A stretch of 32,000 nucleotides of DNA, from contig JAIZWK010000001.1 in NCBI GenBank assembly GCA_021498095.1, forward strand, positions 1,470,001-1,502,000. The letters are read 5' to 3'. Under the pieces are notes generated by a model. That model did no database searches. It was not told the origin of the DNA and saw nothing but the letters and a program-made list of their open reading frames with translations. Positions 17,538 through 27,610 of the stretch are shown here, piece after piece (the stretch's first letter is position 1; each line of letters starts with the position of its first letter). Position numbers and translations under genes: made by a program. Source of the stretch: Candidatus Harpocratesius repetitus (GTDB taxonomy: Archaea > Asgardarchaeota > Lokiarchaeia > Sigyniarchaeales > Promethearchaeaceae).

Positions 17538-19511
17538 ATGTGGGAATACTACGACATAGACAAAATCCGACAATTGTTAAGTTTCGGGCGTTATAACGAG
17601 GCTCTCCAAAATATAATTTTATATAAGAGAAAAAAAGAATTGTCTATTCGAGAAAATATTGAAGTAGAATTACTTCATATTGAAATTCTTTTAAAAGCAG
17701 GATTTTTACAAGATATTAGTCCAAAATTAGAACAGTTGAGAAAAAGCAGTAAAATTGATTCCTTTCCTGAATTAAAAATAGAATGGCTAATTTTAGAAGC
17801 ACAATTTCAACAACAGGTCGGTCATTTACAAAAAGCAGATAAAGCTCTGAGTGAAGCTCATGAAATAACCATTACATACTTAAATCAAGCAAATAGTTCT
17901 GAAATTTTTCAAAAATTTATTCAAAAAATTCTTTTTCTTGAAGGTATTCAACATTGGTATGAAGGAAATATAAATGAAGCTGCTCAGAAATTAGAAGAAG
18001 TATTATCATTGATTCCCCATAAAAAAGGTTCAGATCAATATATTCAAGTTTTAACAAATTATGGAATGATTTTGTGTGAAAAAGGGGATTATAAAGGCGG
18101 TATAGAGAATTTAAAACTTGCATTAGAACTAGAGCGTGATTTGGGTGATGATGTCTCCTTAGCGAATATATTGGGACATTTAGGGAGAATATCGCATTTA
18201 CAAGGGCATTTAGATGAAGCATTGAATTATTTACAGGAATCCATTTTTATTTGGGAAAATTTAGGTGATTTTTCCCAAATTCGTTTTAACTTAGTGAATA
18301 TAGGAATAATATACCGGCAAAAAGGGGATTATCATCAAGCATTAAATTATATTAGGCGTAGTTTGGCCATTGCAGAAAGAATTGGTAATCCAAATGAATT
18401 ATCTAGATTTTTACTCGAACTTTTACGAATATATTTAGAAATGGATGCAATTGAAAATGCAGAGATTACCTTAGCACGTTTGTATAATTTACAATTACTA
18501 ACAGCAAATAAAAAAATAGAGTTAAGGTATAGATTAGCTAATGCTTTAATTTTAAAGTATAAAGGTCGAGCAAAAGACTTATTTCAAGCACAAAATTTAT
18601 TTTCATCTATTGTTAAAGAACCTATTGTTGAAGAAGAAATTTCACAAATAGCTTTATTAAATTTATGTGAACTTCTTTTAGTAGAATTACGATTAAGAGA
18701 CGATCACACAATTTACCAAGAATTAGATGATGTAATTGAAAAATTACTATATCAAGCTAAACATCAACATTCACATTTGCTGTATGCAGAAACTTATTTA
18801 CTGAAAGCAAAACTAGCGTTACTAAAGTTAAATGTTTCAGAAGCTCGTAATTTTTTAAGTCAAGCACAAAGCTATGCGGAAAATAGTGGTTTATATCGAA
18901 TTGCAATGAAAATTAGTGAAGAACACGACAAGCTCATTGCTCAACAACAAATATGGAATTCTTATCAAATAAATGAGGTTTCACTTCAGAAACGAGTCGA
19001 ATTGGCCGAAATTGATAACTATTTACAGACAATAGTTCATCAAAAAGGGATTGATCTCCCTCAAATGACAAATGATATTCCTGTTGCATTTATCTTATTA
19101 AATGATCATGGAAAAGTGCTGTATTTCAGATCTTTTACTTCATATTGGGAATTCGATAGGGAAATGTTGGCAGGATTTTTATCTGCATTTGATACTATGA
19201 GTGGTGAAGTATTTTCTCAGACATTAGAACGTGCAAAATTTGGAGATTTTAATGTAATCATAAATAAAATTACTCCATTTATGTTAGGTTATGTTTATCA
19301 AGGACCTTCATTTTACGCTCAAAAAAAGATTCACCAAATTTCTCAAGAATTTATTGAACATAAAGATATTTTAATTGGCTTTTTTGAAGATAACCAAGAT
19401 GTTGAGCCAAGCACCGCTTCACATATAAGATTTGTTGATCATCTTTGTGATAATATTCTGTTATCTGATTTTACTCCTATTTCTAAATCTCCCTCTTTTG
19501 TTGAAAATTAG
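17538..19511 (+). CDS. TPR-repeat protein with C-terminal longin-like domain
   Basis: Repeated NYG/NIG..Y..KGDY..AL TPR units; C-terminal FILLNDHGKVLY...LAGFLSAF...AKFGDFNVII. Confidence 0.85.
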   Translation: MWEYYDIDKIRQLLSFGRYNEALQNIILYKRKKELSIRENIEVELLHIEILLKAGFLQDISPKLEQLRKSSKIDSFPELKIEWLILEAQFQQQVGHLQKADKALSEAHEITITYLNQANSSEIFQKFIQKILFLEGIQHWYEGNINEAAQKLEEVLSLIPHKKGSDQYIQVLTNYGMILCEKGDYKGGIENLKLALELERDLGDDVSLANILGHLGRISHLQGHLDEALNYLQESIFIWENLGDFSQIRFNLVNIGIIYRQKGDYHQALNYIRRSLAIAERIGNPNELSRFLLELLRIYLEMDAIENAEITLARLYNLQLLTANKKIELRYRLANALILKYKGRAKDLFQAQNLFSSIVKEPIVEEEISQIALLNLCELLLVELRLRDDHTIYQELDDVIEKLLYQAKHQHSHLLYAETYLLKAKLALLKLNVSEARNFLSQAQSYAENSGLYRIAMKISEEHDKLIAQQQIWNSYQINEVSLQKRVELAEIDNYLQTIVHQKGIDLPQMTNDIPVAFILLNDHGKVLYFRSFTSYWEFDREMLAGFLSAFDTMSGEVFSQTLERAKFGDFNVIINKITPFMLGYVYQGPSFYAQKKIHQISQEFIEHKDILIGFFEDNQDVEPSTASHIRFVDHLCDNILLSDFTPISKSPSFVEN

Positions 19512-19657
19512 ATTTTAACTATATGAAATTACTCTAATTTTTATTTAATGATGCATTGAATTGCAAGTTAGACTATTTCATAAAAATAGTTATAGCATGA
19601 TTGTAAAAGCATAAAATTATGCAATTTGTGACAAAAAAGTCTGTTTGAAGTGCTTTT

Positions 19658-21667
19658 TTGTTAGAGTATATCAATCCATTTCAGGTAGTGGTCATGTCAA
19701 ATATTCCTAAAAATTATCCAGAAAAAGCAAATGATAAAATAGAAAGGCTTTTGTGTGAAATGGATGAACTTCTAAATAAAGGACAATTTCCAAAGGCACA
19801 AGAATTGATGAAAGAAATTGAAATTGTTCCTATTCTTTCAATGAAAAATAAGCTAAGAATTAAACTTTCAAAAATTAAACTGCTAAGGTTTATTGAAGAT
19901 TTTGAAGAAGGTATAAAAATTGCTAATGATGCCTATTCATCATCTATCGAATTTGGTGATTTCTATTTAAGTCTTCAAATTGGTGTTGAATTTGCCAATA
20001 TATTAGATAGAATGGGTGATTTCCAATCTAGCATGGATCTTTTAGAAGATCTTGAAATCTTAAATCAAGCTCACTTTCAATCAAAACAACCTATTTTTCA
20101 GCAATTTCTTAGCGATATTCTTTTGGTTAGAACAACAATTTTCTGGCATATTGGGGATTTGAAACAAGCATTAAGTTCAATTTTAAAATCTATTGAAATT
20201 CGGAAAAAATTCTCATCTGATTTCGAAATAGCAAATGCAATTGCATTAGGTGGAATGATTTACTGTGAAATTGGAGATATCGTAAATGGAATAAGCTTTT
20301 TAAAGGAGTCATTAGTTCTTCAACAAGAATTACATAATATTCATTATTTAGCTATTTTGTATAATAATTTGGGTTGGGTTTTTCGACTTCAAGGGGATTT
20401 GATTAAAGCAAAACATTATTTAGAGGAAAGTATAAAAATTAGGAAAGATCTTGGAACTGAAATAAATTTTCGAATTGAATCTGCTAATCTAGGTGTGGTT
20501 TTACATCAGATGGGAAAATTTCAAGAAGCTGAAGAATATCTTCATAATGCTCTTTTATTAGGAAAAAAAGTAGGAAATCCTGTAGAAATTGCAATATTTT
20601 TGTTTTATATTATTCATTTAATGTTGGATCAAAATCGAATTAATGAAGCTAAACAATTTATCGATGAATTGCAAGTGTTAAGTGAAAAAACAGGAAATGA
20701 GAAAATTCATCAACGATTTTTGCTTTGTTATGCTTTATTTTTGAAGAAGAAACCGCGAATTAAAAACGTATATCGAGCACAAAATATTTTCCGAGAAATT
20801 GCACATGATGCAATAGTAAAACACGAATTAACTGTAGAAGCTCTAATTAATCTTTGCGATTTATTGATCTTTGAATTAAAAATCTCAAATGATCCCGAAA
20901 TTTTGGATGAAATTAACGGTTGTATTTCAAATCTCCTCGCTATTGCAAAAGAAATTCGGTCATACTATTTATGGGCAGAAATTAACTTTCTGAAAGCAAA
21001 ATTAGCATTAATGAATTTTGATATCGTAAAAGCTAGAAAAATGTTTAGCCAAGCTCAAATGCTTGCCCAAGAGCAAGGTTTAAGCCAACTTGCTATTAAA
21101 ATTTCTAATGAACATGATTATTTACTTGAACAAGAACAGATATGGGAACAATTTAAAAATCACCCTCCTAAATTTGATCAGAGGCTTGAGCTAGCTCGAT
21201 TAAATGAAAATTTGGAGAGAATAAAAAGACAAGGAATCATTAAAAATTCTCCCGTTTTACCCGAGCAACCAATTATGATTGTTATTATGAATGAAAATGG
21301 ACCAACATTGTTTTCACATTCATTCGATCGAGAATTGGAATTTAATGAACAGCTGTTTGGTGGGATATTAACGGCTTTTGAATCTTTTAGTTCTGAAATA
21401 TTTAATGATATGTTGGAACGGGCGAAATTTGGCGAATATAAAATCCTCTTGAAGGCCATTTCTCCTTTTTTAATTTGTTATATTTATAAAGGTCAGTCTT
21501 ACTATGCGCAGCAAAATTTTATTAAACTACTTGAATTAATTCAAAATAGCCAAAATATATGGAATCTTCTAATTGAAGCAATAGAAAATGGAAATTTGGT
21601 TTCAACTCATAGAATTCCTCAACTTATTAAAGAAATCGAAAAAATATTTAATGGAATAATGAATTGA
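19658..21667 (+). CDS. TPR-repeat protein with C-terminal longin-like domain (paralog of 17538-19511)
   Basis: NNLGWVFRLQGDLIKA and NLGVVLHQMGKFQEA TPR units; C-terminal IVIMNENGPTLF...FGGILTAF...AKFGEYKIL. Confidence 0.85.
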   Translation: MLEYINPFQVVVMSNIPKNYPEKANDKIERLLCEMDELLNKGQFPKAQELMKEIEIVPILSMKNKLRIKLSKIKLLRFIEDFEEGIKIANDAYSSSIEFGDFYLSLQIGVEFANILDRMGDFQSSMDLLEDLEILNQAHFQSKQPIFQQFLSDILLVRTTIFWHIGDLKQALSSILKSIEIRKKFSSDFEIANAIALGGMIYCEIGDIVNGISFLKESLVLQQELHNIHYLAILYNNLGWVFRLQGDLIKAKHYLEESIKIRKDLGTEINFRIESANLGVVLHQMGKFQEAEEYLHNALLLGKKVGNPVEIAIFLFYIIHLMLDQNRINEAKQFIDELQVLSEKTGNEKIHQRFLLCYALFLKKKPRIKNVYRAQNIFREIAHDAIVKHELTVEALINLCDLLIFELKISNDPEILDEINGCISNLLAIAKEIRSYYLWAEINFLKAKLALMNFDIVKARKMFSQAQMLAQEQGLSQLAIKISNEHDYLLEQEQIWEQFKNHPPKFDQRLELARLNENLERIKRQGIIKNSPVLPEQPIMIVIMNENGPTLFSHSFDRELEFNEQLFGGILTAFESFSSEIFNDMLERAKFGEYKILLKAISPFLICYIYKGQSYYAQQNFIKLLELIQNSQNIWNLLIEAIENGNLVSTHRIPQLIKEIEKIFNGIMN

Positions 21668-21780
21668 AAAAATAACCCTAATATAATTAAATATTGTTAA
21701 TGGTTGATATCTGGCTTTCTTAAAAAGACATAAAAAAAATAAAAGGTACATTAATATTCAACTTACGAAGTGATTTCAAC

Positions 21781-22395
21781 ATGCGATTTTTCTGCCCTCA
21801 ACTTATGGATAATCCTCAAGAAACGGATAAGGAAACATTTTTAGCACTTATGCTGAAAAAACGACCAGAATATGCGGTTCTTTGGGATGTAACGGGAGAT
21901 GATGTAATCGAATTTAATCGTCGCGTTTGGGTTACGCAGTATGTAGTTATACAAAGTCAGACAGTATATTATTCTCAAGCTCGACATTATGCTACTCGAG
22001 CTAAAGCTTTATTCAGTATTGATAAAATAGTGTATGTTGAATCTGATGAAGAGTGGAGAGAATATCTTCCTGCTGGCGAAAAATTCAAGAAAATTCGATT
22101 TTATGCTCCTGGAGTTGTAGGTGAACCCTCAGAAATTGCTTTAGAAGATTTTATTAATAAAATGCTTAAGATAAGACCACCTTTTGCTGTAATTTGGGAT
22201 GTTACCTTGAAAGATGTTGAATATATTTCATCAAGAGTTTATGTTACCAGTTATATGCCTGTTATTAATGATACAATATACTATTCATATGGTAAACATT
22301 TTGCATATCTTGCTCAGAAAAAATTTAACATTCCAAACAGGAAAAAAATATCAATTCAGCAACCATCGTTTCTAGATGAGCCAATTAGCGCATAA
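21781..22395 (+). CDS. Hypothetical protein made of two homologous halves
   Basis: MLKKRPEYAVLWDVT...RVWVTQY...TVYYS and MLKIRPPFAVIWDVT...RVYVTSY...TIYYS. Confidence 0.75.
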   Translation: MRFFCPQLMDNPQETDKETFLALMLKKRPEYAVLWDVTGDDVIEFNRRVWVTQYVVIQSQTVYYSQARHYATRAKALFSIDKIVYVESDEEWREYLPAGEKFKKIRFYAPGVVGEPSEIALEDFINKMLKIRPPFAVIWDVTLKDVEYISSRVYVTSYMPVINDTIYYSYGKHFAYLAQKKFNIPNRKKISIQQPSFLDEPISA

Positions 22396-22440
22396 AATTA
22401 AAAAAAATAAAAATTCATTTTTATAAAAACACAACATCCG

Positions 22441-22950
22441 TTATCTTAGGTCTTTTTCTTTTAAAACACCGATTTTTCTTAAGTATTCTGTTATTATATG
22501 ACAAATTTCTTCATCAAAAGATTCATATATTGCTTGATTGCTCTTTTTTTGTTCAAGTGGAATTTTAAATTTTTTATAAAACAAATTTAAACCTTTGATT
22601 GCTTCTTCTTCTAAATAGTTCTTTACCATATTGGGTCGAAAAAAAGTAGTCAATATCAATCCATTACGTTGAATTATACTAAGTTCAATATTCAACCCCC
22701 CAATGAAGATTCTGTTGATTTGACCAACATTTTCTTTACCAAATAATGATAAAGCGGCGATAAATTGAGAAATTAAATCCACACGAATTCCCGGATCGAC
22801 TTGGAAATTGTACAATACATCACCTGATGATCGTGAGATAACAATACCAAGAACATACTTTTTTAAAATTTCTTTAATAATTTTACATTGCTCTTTTGGA
22901 ATATTTGCTTTATATCGATCGAAAATTAAGATAGGTGTTGATTTTTCCAT
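22441..22950 (-). CDS. Longin-like protein
   Basis: LGIVISRSSGDVLY...LISQFIAALSLFG...LSIIQRNGLILTTFF pattern; 25 nt downstream of the GTPase remnant. Confidence 0.7.
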   Translation of the reverse strand: MEKSTPILIFDRYKANIPKEQCKIIKEILKKYVLGIVISRSSGDVLYNFQVDPGIRVDLISQFIAALSLFGKENVGQINRIFIGGLNIELSIIQRNGLILTTFFRPNMVKNYLEEEAIKGLNLFYKKFKIPLEQKKSNQAIYESFDEEICHIITEYLRKIGVLKEKDLR

Positions 22951-22974
22951 TATTTCTTCAATCCTTCTTCTTGT

Positions 22975-23277
22975 TTAAAAATTTCCACTGCAAGTGTTGA
23001 TAAGTTTATAAAACATATCTTGGACATTCTCACCTGTCTTAGCTGAACATTCCATGAATAAGAAACCATGTTTCATAGCAAAATCTAATCCTTCTTCTCT
23101 ACTGACTTCTCTATCAAGATCTATTTTATTTCCTACTAATAGAGTGGGTATTTTTCCACAGTTATCTTCTAATTCTTGCATCCATTTAGAAAGATTTTCG
23201 AAAGTTCGCCTATTACTCACATCGTAGCATAGAATTGCAGCACGTGCATCTCTGTAATAGATACCCCTTATTCGATC
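22975..23277 (-). pseudogene. Rab-like small GTPase, C-terminal half only
   Basis: YYRDARAAILCYDV, LVGNKIDL (G4) and ECSAKTG (G5). In-frame TAG at 23278-23280; no P-loop or G3 motif upstream. Confidence 0.8.
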
Positions 23278-23384
23278 CTAGAGAAGATTGAATCTTCCAT
23301 TTGTAATAATAACCATATTAAAATACCCATCTCCAAATTTCAAATGGATAATTAATAATGGATATTTGCTTTTATAATTGTTTG

Positions 23385-24229
23385 GGCTATTTTTAATTAC
23401 GAAGGATCAATTCACTAACACCTCGGTTTGATTTTTTTTCCCCCATTTTTCGATTAATTGAAATATTCGCTTAATCTCTAAATCATTCGACTCATTAAAG
23501 AGAATTTTTGGGCTAAATCGATGTGGAACAATGGCTATTCCTAAGATTTCTGGTTTATTTGTGATTGTAATATATACCTGAAGTTGCTGTTCTAAAACCT
23601 CAGGTGTTTTAAGACCAGTTTAATGCACGCGAATCTCAATCACACTAATTATATTCTCTGCAGGATAAATCGATATGACTTTTGCCACACATAGTCTTGT
23701 ATTTTCTTGATAGCAACTGTAACTGCGGAAAGCATATTTTTTGCTAGTTTGAGAGTTTTATAAAAAAAAACAATTTTTGCATATCCCTGCTTTTCTTTGT
23801 CAAAAGCTTTAAAATGGTACACGCTTTGCTTAAAAATTTCAGAATAATTGCCAATAAGTTTTTTTTGAATTAAGAGGTTATAGCAGAATTTAAAAAATTG
23901 AAGGAAATCCGAAAATCTTGCATCGGCTATCCACAAAACCCAAATCTATCCCAATTTTAAAATTGTCGAAAAATCGTTTAAGAAAAAAATATATAATTAA
24001 GTCAATAATTCAAAGAAAAATGATGGAAATGTGAAATTCTTGACCGCATTTAAGGGTTTAAAAGTGCCGACTCAAATAGTAATTGGATGCGCAGGAGTAT
24101 TGTCGAAAATATTGGCCCAAAAGATAGAATTTGATTAAGATAAAAAAAATTGCTAGAGCCTCTTAAAATTTTGAAATAATTTAAAAAATAAGGCTTTTCT
24201 TAATTGATCCTTCATTCTTAAAAAGAGTC
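23385..24229 (-). mobile_element. Non-autonomous, internally deleted relative of the 14883-16475 IS
   Basis: TIRs GGCTATTTTTAATTACGAAGGATCAATT (23385-23412) and AATTGATCCTTCATTCTTAAAAAGAGTC (24202-24229). ATTGTTTG duplicated at 23377-23384 and 24230-24237. Carries a decayed copy of the transposase 3' end. Confidence 0.88.
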
Positions 24230-24361
24230 ATTGTTTGCTTTTTGTTTCCATTTTGTATTAAATAATTCGCATTTGTTTTGATCATATAAAAAGGATCATG
24301 ATAAATGTTAAGATATATAGAAAAAAGGAACATTAGTATTTAGGTAAAAATCATTTCACAA

Positions 24362-24601
24362 TTGATGATTTTATTAAAAATTGATCTTAAAATTCAAACT
24401 TTTTCAAATATTCCCAGATTTGATGAATATGAACCTCCAAGTGTGTCCACGATCAGTAAGCGTATCAAATATATGAAGGAAAATGGAGTTATATTATATC
24501 CAACGACTGTAATTGAAGAAAAATATAAAAAAATGGATAACACTTTATTATCCTTAAATTACTTTACTTTTATCGCTTCTCGGAGGATACCACTCTTATA
24601 A
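24362..24601 (+). pseudogene. Possible Lrp/AsnC-type winged-helix fragment
   Basis: PPSVSTISKRIKYMKENGVI resembles an HTH recognition helix and wing. The ORF is short and overlaps the next gene's 3' end. Confidence 0.35.
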
Positions 24602-25425
24602 CCAGTAGGTGCTTTACCTTTATCTGCATACACAAATAATGCTGTGTTGAATACTTTTTCTGCTACTTGAAAAACTAATGACACAATTATTGCATAAACC
24701 AAGAACGCACCCACAATTATAAGTATGGCGGTGATTCCTGATTGGTAAAAGAGAAACAGTAAAATACCTGCAATAATTATTCCTAAAAAGATAAAGAGGA
24801 ATTGTAGTAATCCTAAACCATAATATCTAAGTATTGATTCACCCCAAGTTTTCTTTAATGTTTGAGTTGATTTTTTAATTGCTTTAAATGGTGAAAGGTT
24901 ATAATAAACCATTGCAGGAACAACAAAGATTGTCAAGATACTCCATAACATACCTAAAATACCTCTTAAAATAGAGACTATGATTTGACCTGCTTTTCCT
25001 AGGCTTTGAGCGATATTATCTAAAAGATAAAAGAATAATCCTACAGTTGCAGAAAGTAAACTCCACATAAAGATTGTTGGAATTCTTTTAATTGCAAATC
25101 CCAAACTTTCTCCGAATTTTGCATTTCCACCTTCAAAACGAACTTTTGCTGTATAAACTACGCAGACATTAAAAAAAGTTGAAATAAATGCCAAACCTAA
25201 ATATGTCAGAAATACAAAAATATATTCAGTAGTTCCAATTAAAGTAGAATAATCCGGATTTGTTGCTTCTAAAATCGGAATAATTATTGATGGAACTAAC
25301 ATTGCAATTGAATATAATAATGAGAAGAAACTGGCTAGCATAGGATAAAGAAGCAGTTCCTTATCTTTCTTAATTACACGGAAACTTAGTTTTGTAAATT
25401 CCCACGATCGGCTGAATACATTCAT
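24559..25425 (-). CDS. Multi-pass membrane protein (DUF6159-like)
   Basis: MNVFSRSWEFTKLSFRVIKKDKELLLYP start, several TM segments, and S..TLKKTWGE motif. Start moved to the ATG at 25425. Confidence 0.75.
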   Translation of the reverse strand: MNVFSRSWEFTKLSFRVIKKDKELLLYPMLASFFSLLYSIAMLVPSIIIPILEATNPDYSTLIGTTEYIFVFLTYLGLAFISTFFNVCVVYTAKVRFEGGNAKFGESLGFAIKRIPTIFMWSLLSATVGLFFYLLDNIAQSLGKAGQIIVSILRGILGMLWSILTIFVVPAMVYYNLSPFKAIKKSTQTLKKTWGESILRYYGLGLLQFLFIFLGIIIAGILLFLFYQSGITAILIIVGAFLVYAIIVSLVFQVAEKVFNTALFVYADKGKAPTGYKSGILREAIKVK

Positions 25426-25706
25426 GGTAATTATTAGGTTTGAAATATCATTTAAAAATCTTTTAGGCCTTAAAATTAGAATTCTTAGCATATTCTTTAA
25501 TAAGTGATCAAGAATAAAGTAAGAAATTCGTCATTTTTCATAGAAATATGTTCTTTTTGCGTAATTATTCATATTGTGTAAAAGAATGAAAAAAAGGTAT
25601 TTAATAGCATATTACCTTATTACACAGTACTAGCTGACTTTAGTGCCTTTAATTAGGGGTGTCTAAAGAGAGATATTCTTTTTTATCAGCAAAATGAGGT
25701 AGAATT

Positions 25707-27074
25707 ATGGCGAAAGTAGCTTTTATGCAACTCGCTTCATGTTGGGGCTGTCATCAGTCACTACTTGATGCACATCTGACCCTTTTGCATGTACTTCCCG
25801 AATTAGAATTTGTTTATTGGCCTGCAGTGGTTGATTTCAAACTAGATGATTTGAAAGGATACCCTGACAGTTCAGTAGATGTTGGATTCTTAGAAGGGTT
25901 TTGTCGGACTGAAGCAGATGTTGCCAATGCAAAATTAATGCGGCAAAAATGTAAAATTATTGTGGCAATGGGCTCCTGTGCTGTATTAGGGGGAGCACCA
26001 GGGATGGCAAATCTCTTTTCTCGAGAAGAGTTAGAAGCCCGAAAGTTTATGGATGAAGAATTTGTGGATAAAGGTTCAGTGGTTCCAACTGAACATGTTC
26101 CTAAAATATTAGATGCAATTCCTGATACACATGATGTTATTAAAGTTGATATCGATTTACCTGGTTGTCCACCTAAAACAGGTAATATAATTGGGCTCAT
26201 TGCAGCAGTGTTGGGAGAAATTGATACGAAAGTGGATATTTCCAAAAGCATGTGTGATGTTTGTCCATTACAAAATTGCTTACTGGATGAAAATAAGTTA
26301 TGTTATGGACCAATTACAGCTGCAGCTGATCCAATTGGAAGGATTGCGGAAGGATATCCTGTTTTGGGTGAATTTGGCCTAACTAATGCTGTACATCAAG
26401 CAAATGCTGAAAAACTATTTTCAAAAATCACAAGCAAACCCATGGATCATTCAGAAGTTCGCCAATCTGTTGAAGCGCTTATGTTCATACTTGGTAGTAA
26501 TCCTTTAGGATTTTTAGCTAAAAAAGCAGATCCTATACGAAAAGTCCGATTAGATCCTGAAAGTCTTTCCATGAAATCAGTTCTTGATAAAGAAATTGTT
26601 GATTTCACTGCTGATGGATATCCTGAAATTGTTAACCATATTATTGGGGCGGTTATGGCTGATCTCAAACAGAATCCAGAATATGATGATTCTGCAAAAA
26701 CAGTTTGCAGTTCATGTGAAAGAAACTTAAAGGATAAAGAAGTTGTTCGTTATAAACGAGATTATGAAGGTCTGCCTGATCAAGAAACTTGTTTCTTATT
26801 ACAAGGGTATGTCTGTATGGGGCCGTTAACTACAACTGGGTGTGGTGCGACTTGTATTCGAGCAAATTCACCTTGTTTGGGATGTTATGGTCCAGCTGCA
26901 AATGTTGATGATTATATCAGTAAAGCTACCAGCTATTTCCCATCAATTTGCACAGATACTCCAGAAAATATTACTGCATTCTTTAAAGATACTGCAGGAT
27001 TATTTGGACGCTTCTGCATCCCAACCAGCAAACTTGGGCATAAAATATCTGATTCAAAAATGGAGGATAAATAG
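25707..27074 (+). CDS. mvhG: [NiFe]-hydrogenase small subunit, MvhG/VhuG-like, extended to 455 aa
   Basis: ASCWGCHQS, GSCAVLGG and PGCPP proximal-cluster motifs; distal module CSSC...CFLLQGYVCMGPLTTTGCGATC....CLGCYG. Confidence 0.88.
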   Translation: MAKVAFMQLASCWGCHQSLLDAHLTLLHVLPELEFVYWPAVVDFKLDDLKGYPDSSVDVGFLEGFCRTEADVANAKLMRQKCKIIVAMGSCAVLGGAPGMANLFSREELEARKFMDEEFVDKGSVVPTEHVPKILDAIPDTHDVIKVDIDLPGCPPKTGNIIGLIAAVLGEIDTKVDISKSMCDVCPLQNCLLDENKLCYGPITAAADPIGRIAEGYPVLGEFGLTNAVHQANAEKLFSKITSKPMDHSEVRQSVEALMFILGSNPLGFLAKKADPIRKVRLDPESLSMKSVLDKEIVDFTADGYPEIVNHIIGAVMADLKQNPEYDDSAKTVCSSCERNLKDKEVVRYKRDYEGLPDQETCFLLQGYVCMGPLTTTGCGATCIRANSPCLGCYGPAANVDDYISKATSYFPSICTDTPENITAFFKDTAGLFGRFCIPTSKLGHKISDSKMEDK

Positions 27075-27091
27075 ATAAAGGTGAAATTCTC

Positions 27092-27610
27092 ATGGTAAAA
27101 GTTGATCTTAATTTTAAACGCGCCGTCTTGGATAAATTGGTTGATGGTGACAAAATAAGCTATTGTTTTCAATGTGGAAAATGCAATGATGTGTGCCCGA
27201 TTTCAGCACGTTGGGGTTCTAGATACAACCCTCGCGATATAGTTCTTTTTTCAGCATTAGGATATAAAGAGGCATTAGTTAATGCAGTCGTCAAAGATCC
27301 CTTTATTCTATGGGGATGCACTACATGTGAGACATGTGATGAAAAATGCCCAGCAGAAATTCCAATTACGGATATCATTTCTATGTTGAAAAATCTTGCT
27401 GTATCTCTTGGGGTAACTCCTGATTTTTATCCAAGTTCTGCCCTCCAAATAATGGAACATGGTATGGCAATTCCAGTACAAGCTGCAGTTGAAAAACGAA
27501 GAGAAAAGTTAGGAATTGGTGTTGCTCCAGAAATTCCTGTTTCTGAAGTTCAGAAAATCATGCAGGCAACTGGGATTGAAAAACTCGTAAAAAAGGAGGA
27601 AACTGCATAA
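27092..27610 (+). CDS. hdrC: Heterodisulfide reductase subunit C
   Basis: CFQCGKCNDVCP and CTTCETCDEKCP motifs; overlaps the hdrB start (TAATG). Confidence 0.9.
   Translation: MVKVDLNFKRAVLDKLVDGDKISYCFQCGKCNDVCPISARWGSRYNPRDIVLFSALGYKEALVNAVVKDPFILWGCTTCETCDEKCPAEIPITDIISMLKNLAVSLGVTPDFYPSSALQIMEHGMAIPVQAAVEKRREKLGIGVAPEIPVSEVQKIMQATGIEKLVKKEETA

Noticed and set aside
23278-23280. TAG upstream of the GTPase remnant as pyrrolysine or readthrough
   Set aside because: The upstream in-frame sequence has no G1 or G3 motif, so readthrough would not restore a GTPase.
2731-27378. Short antisense or alternate-frame track ORFs inside real genes (e.g. 2731, 6632, 7902, 8401, 8886, 10073, 10959, 12535, 13063, 13387, 14183, 14368, 15029, 16890, 17917, 21178, 25814, 26191, 26447, 26842, 26933, 27169)
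   Set aside because: Shadow ORFs of well-supported CDSs with no independent motifs.
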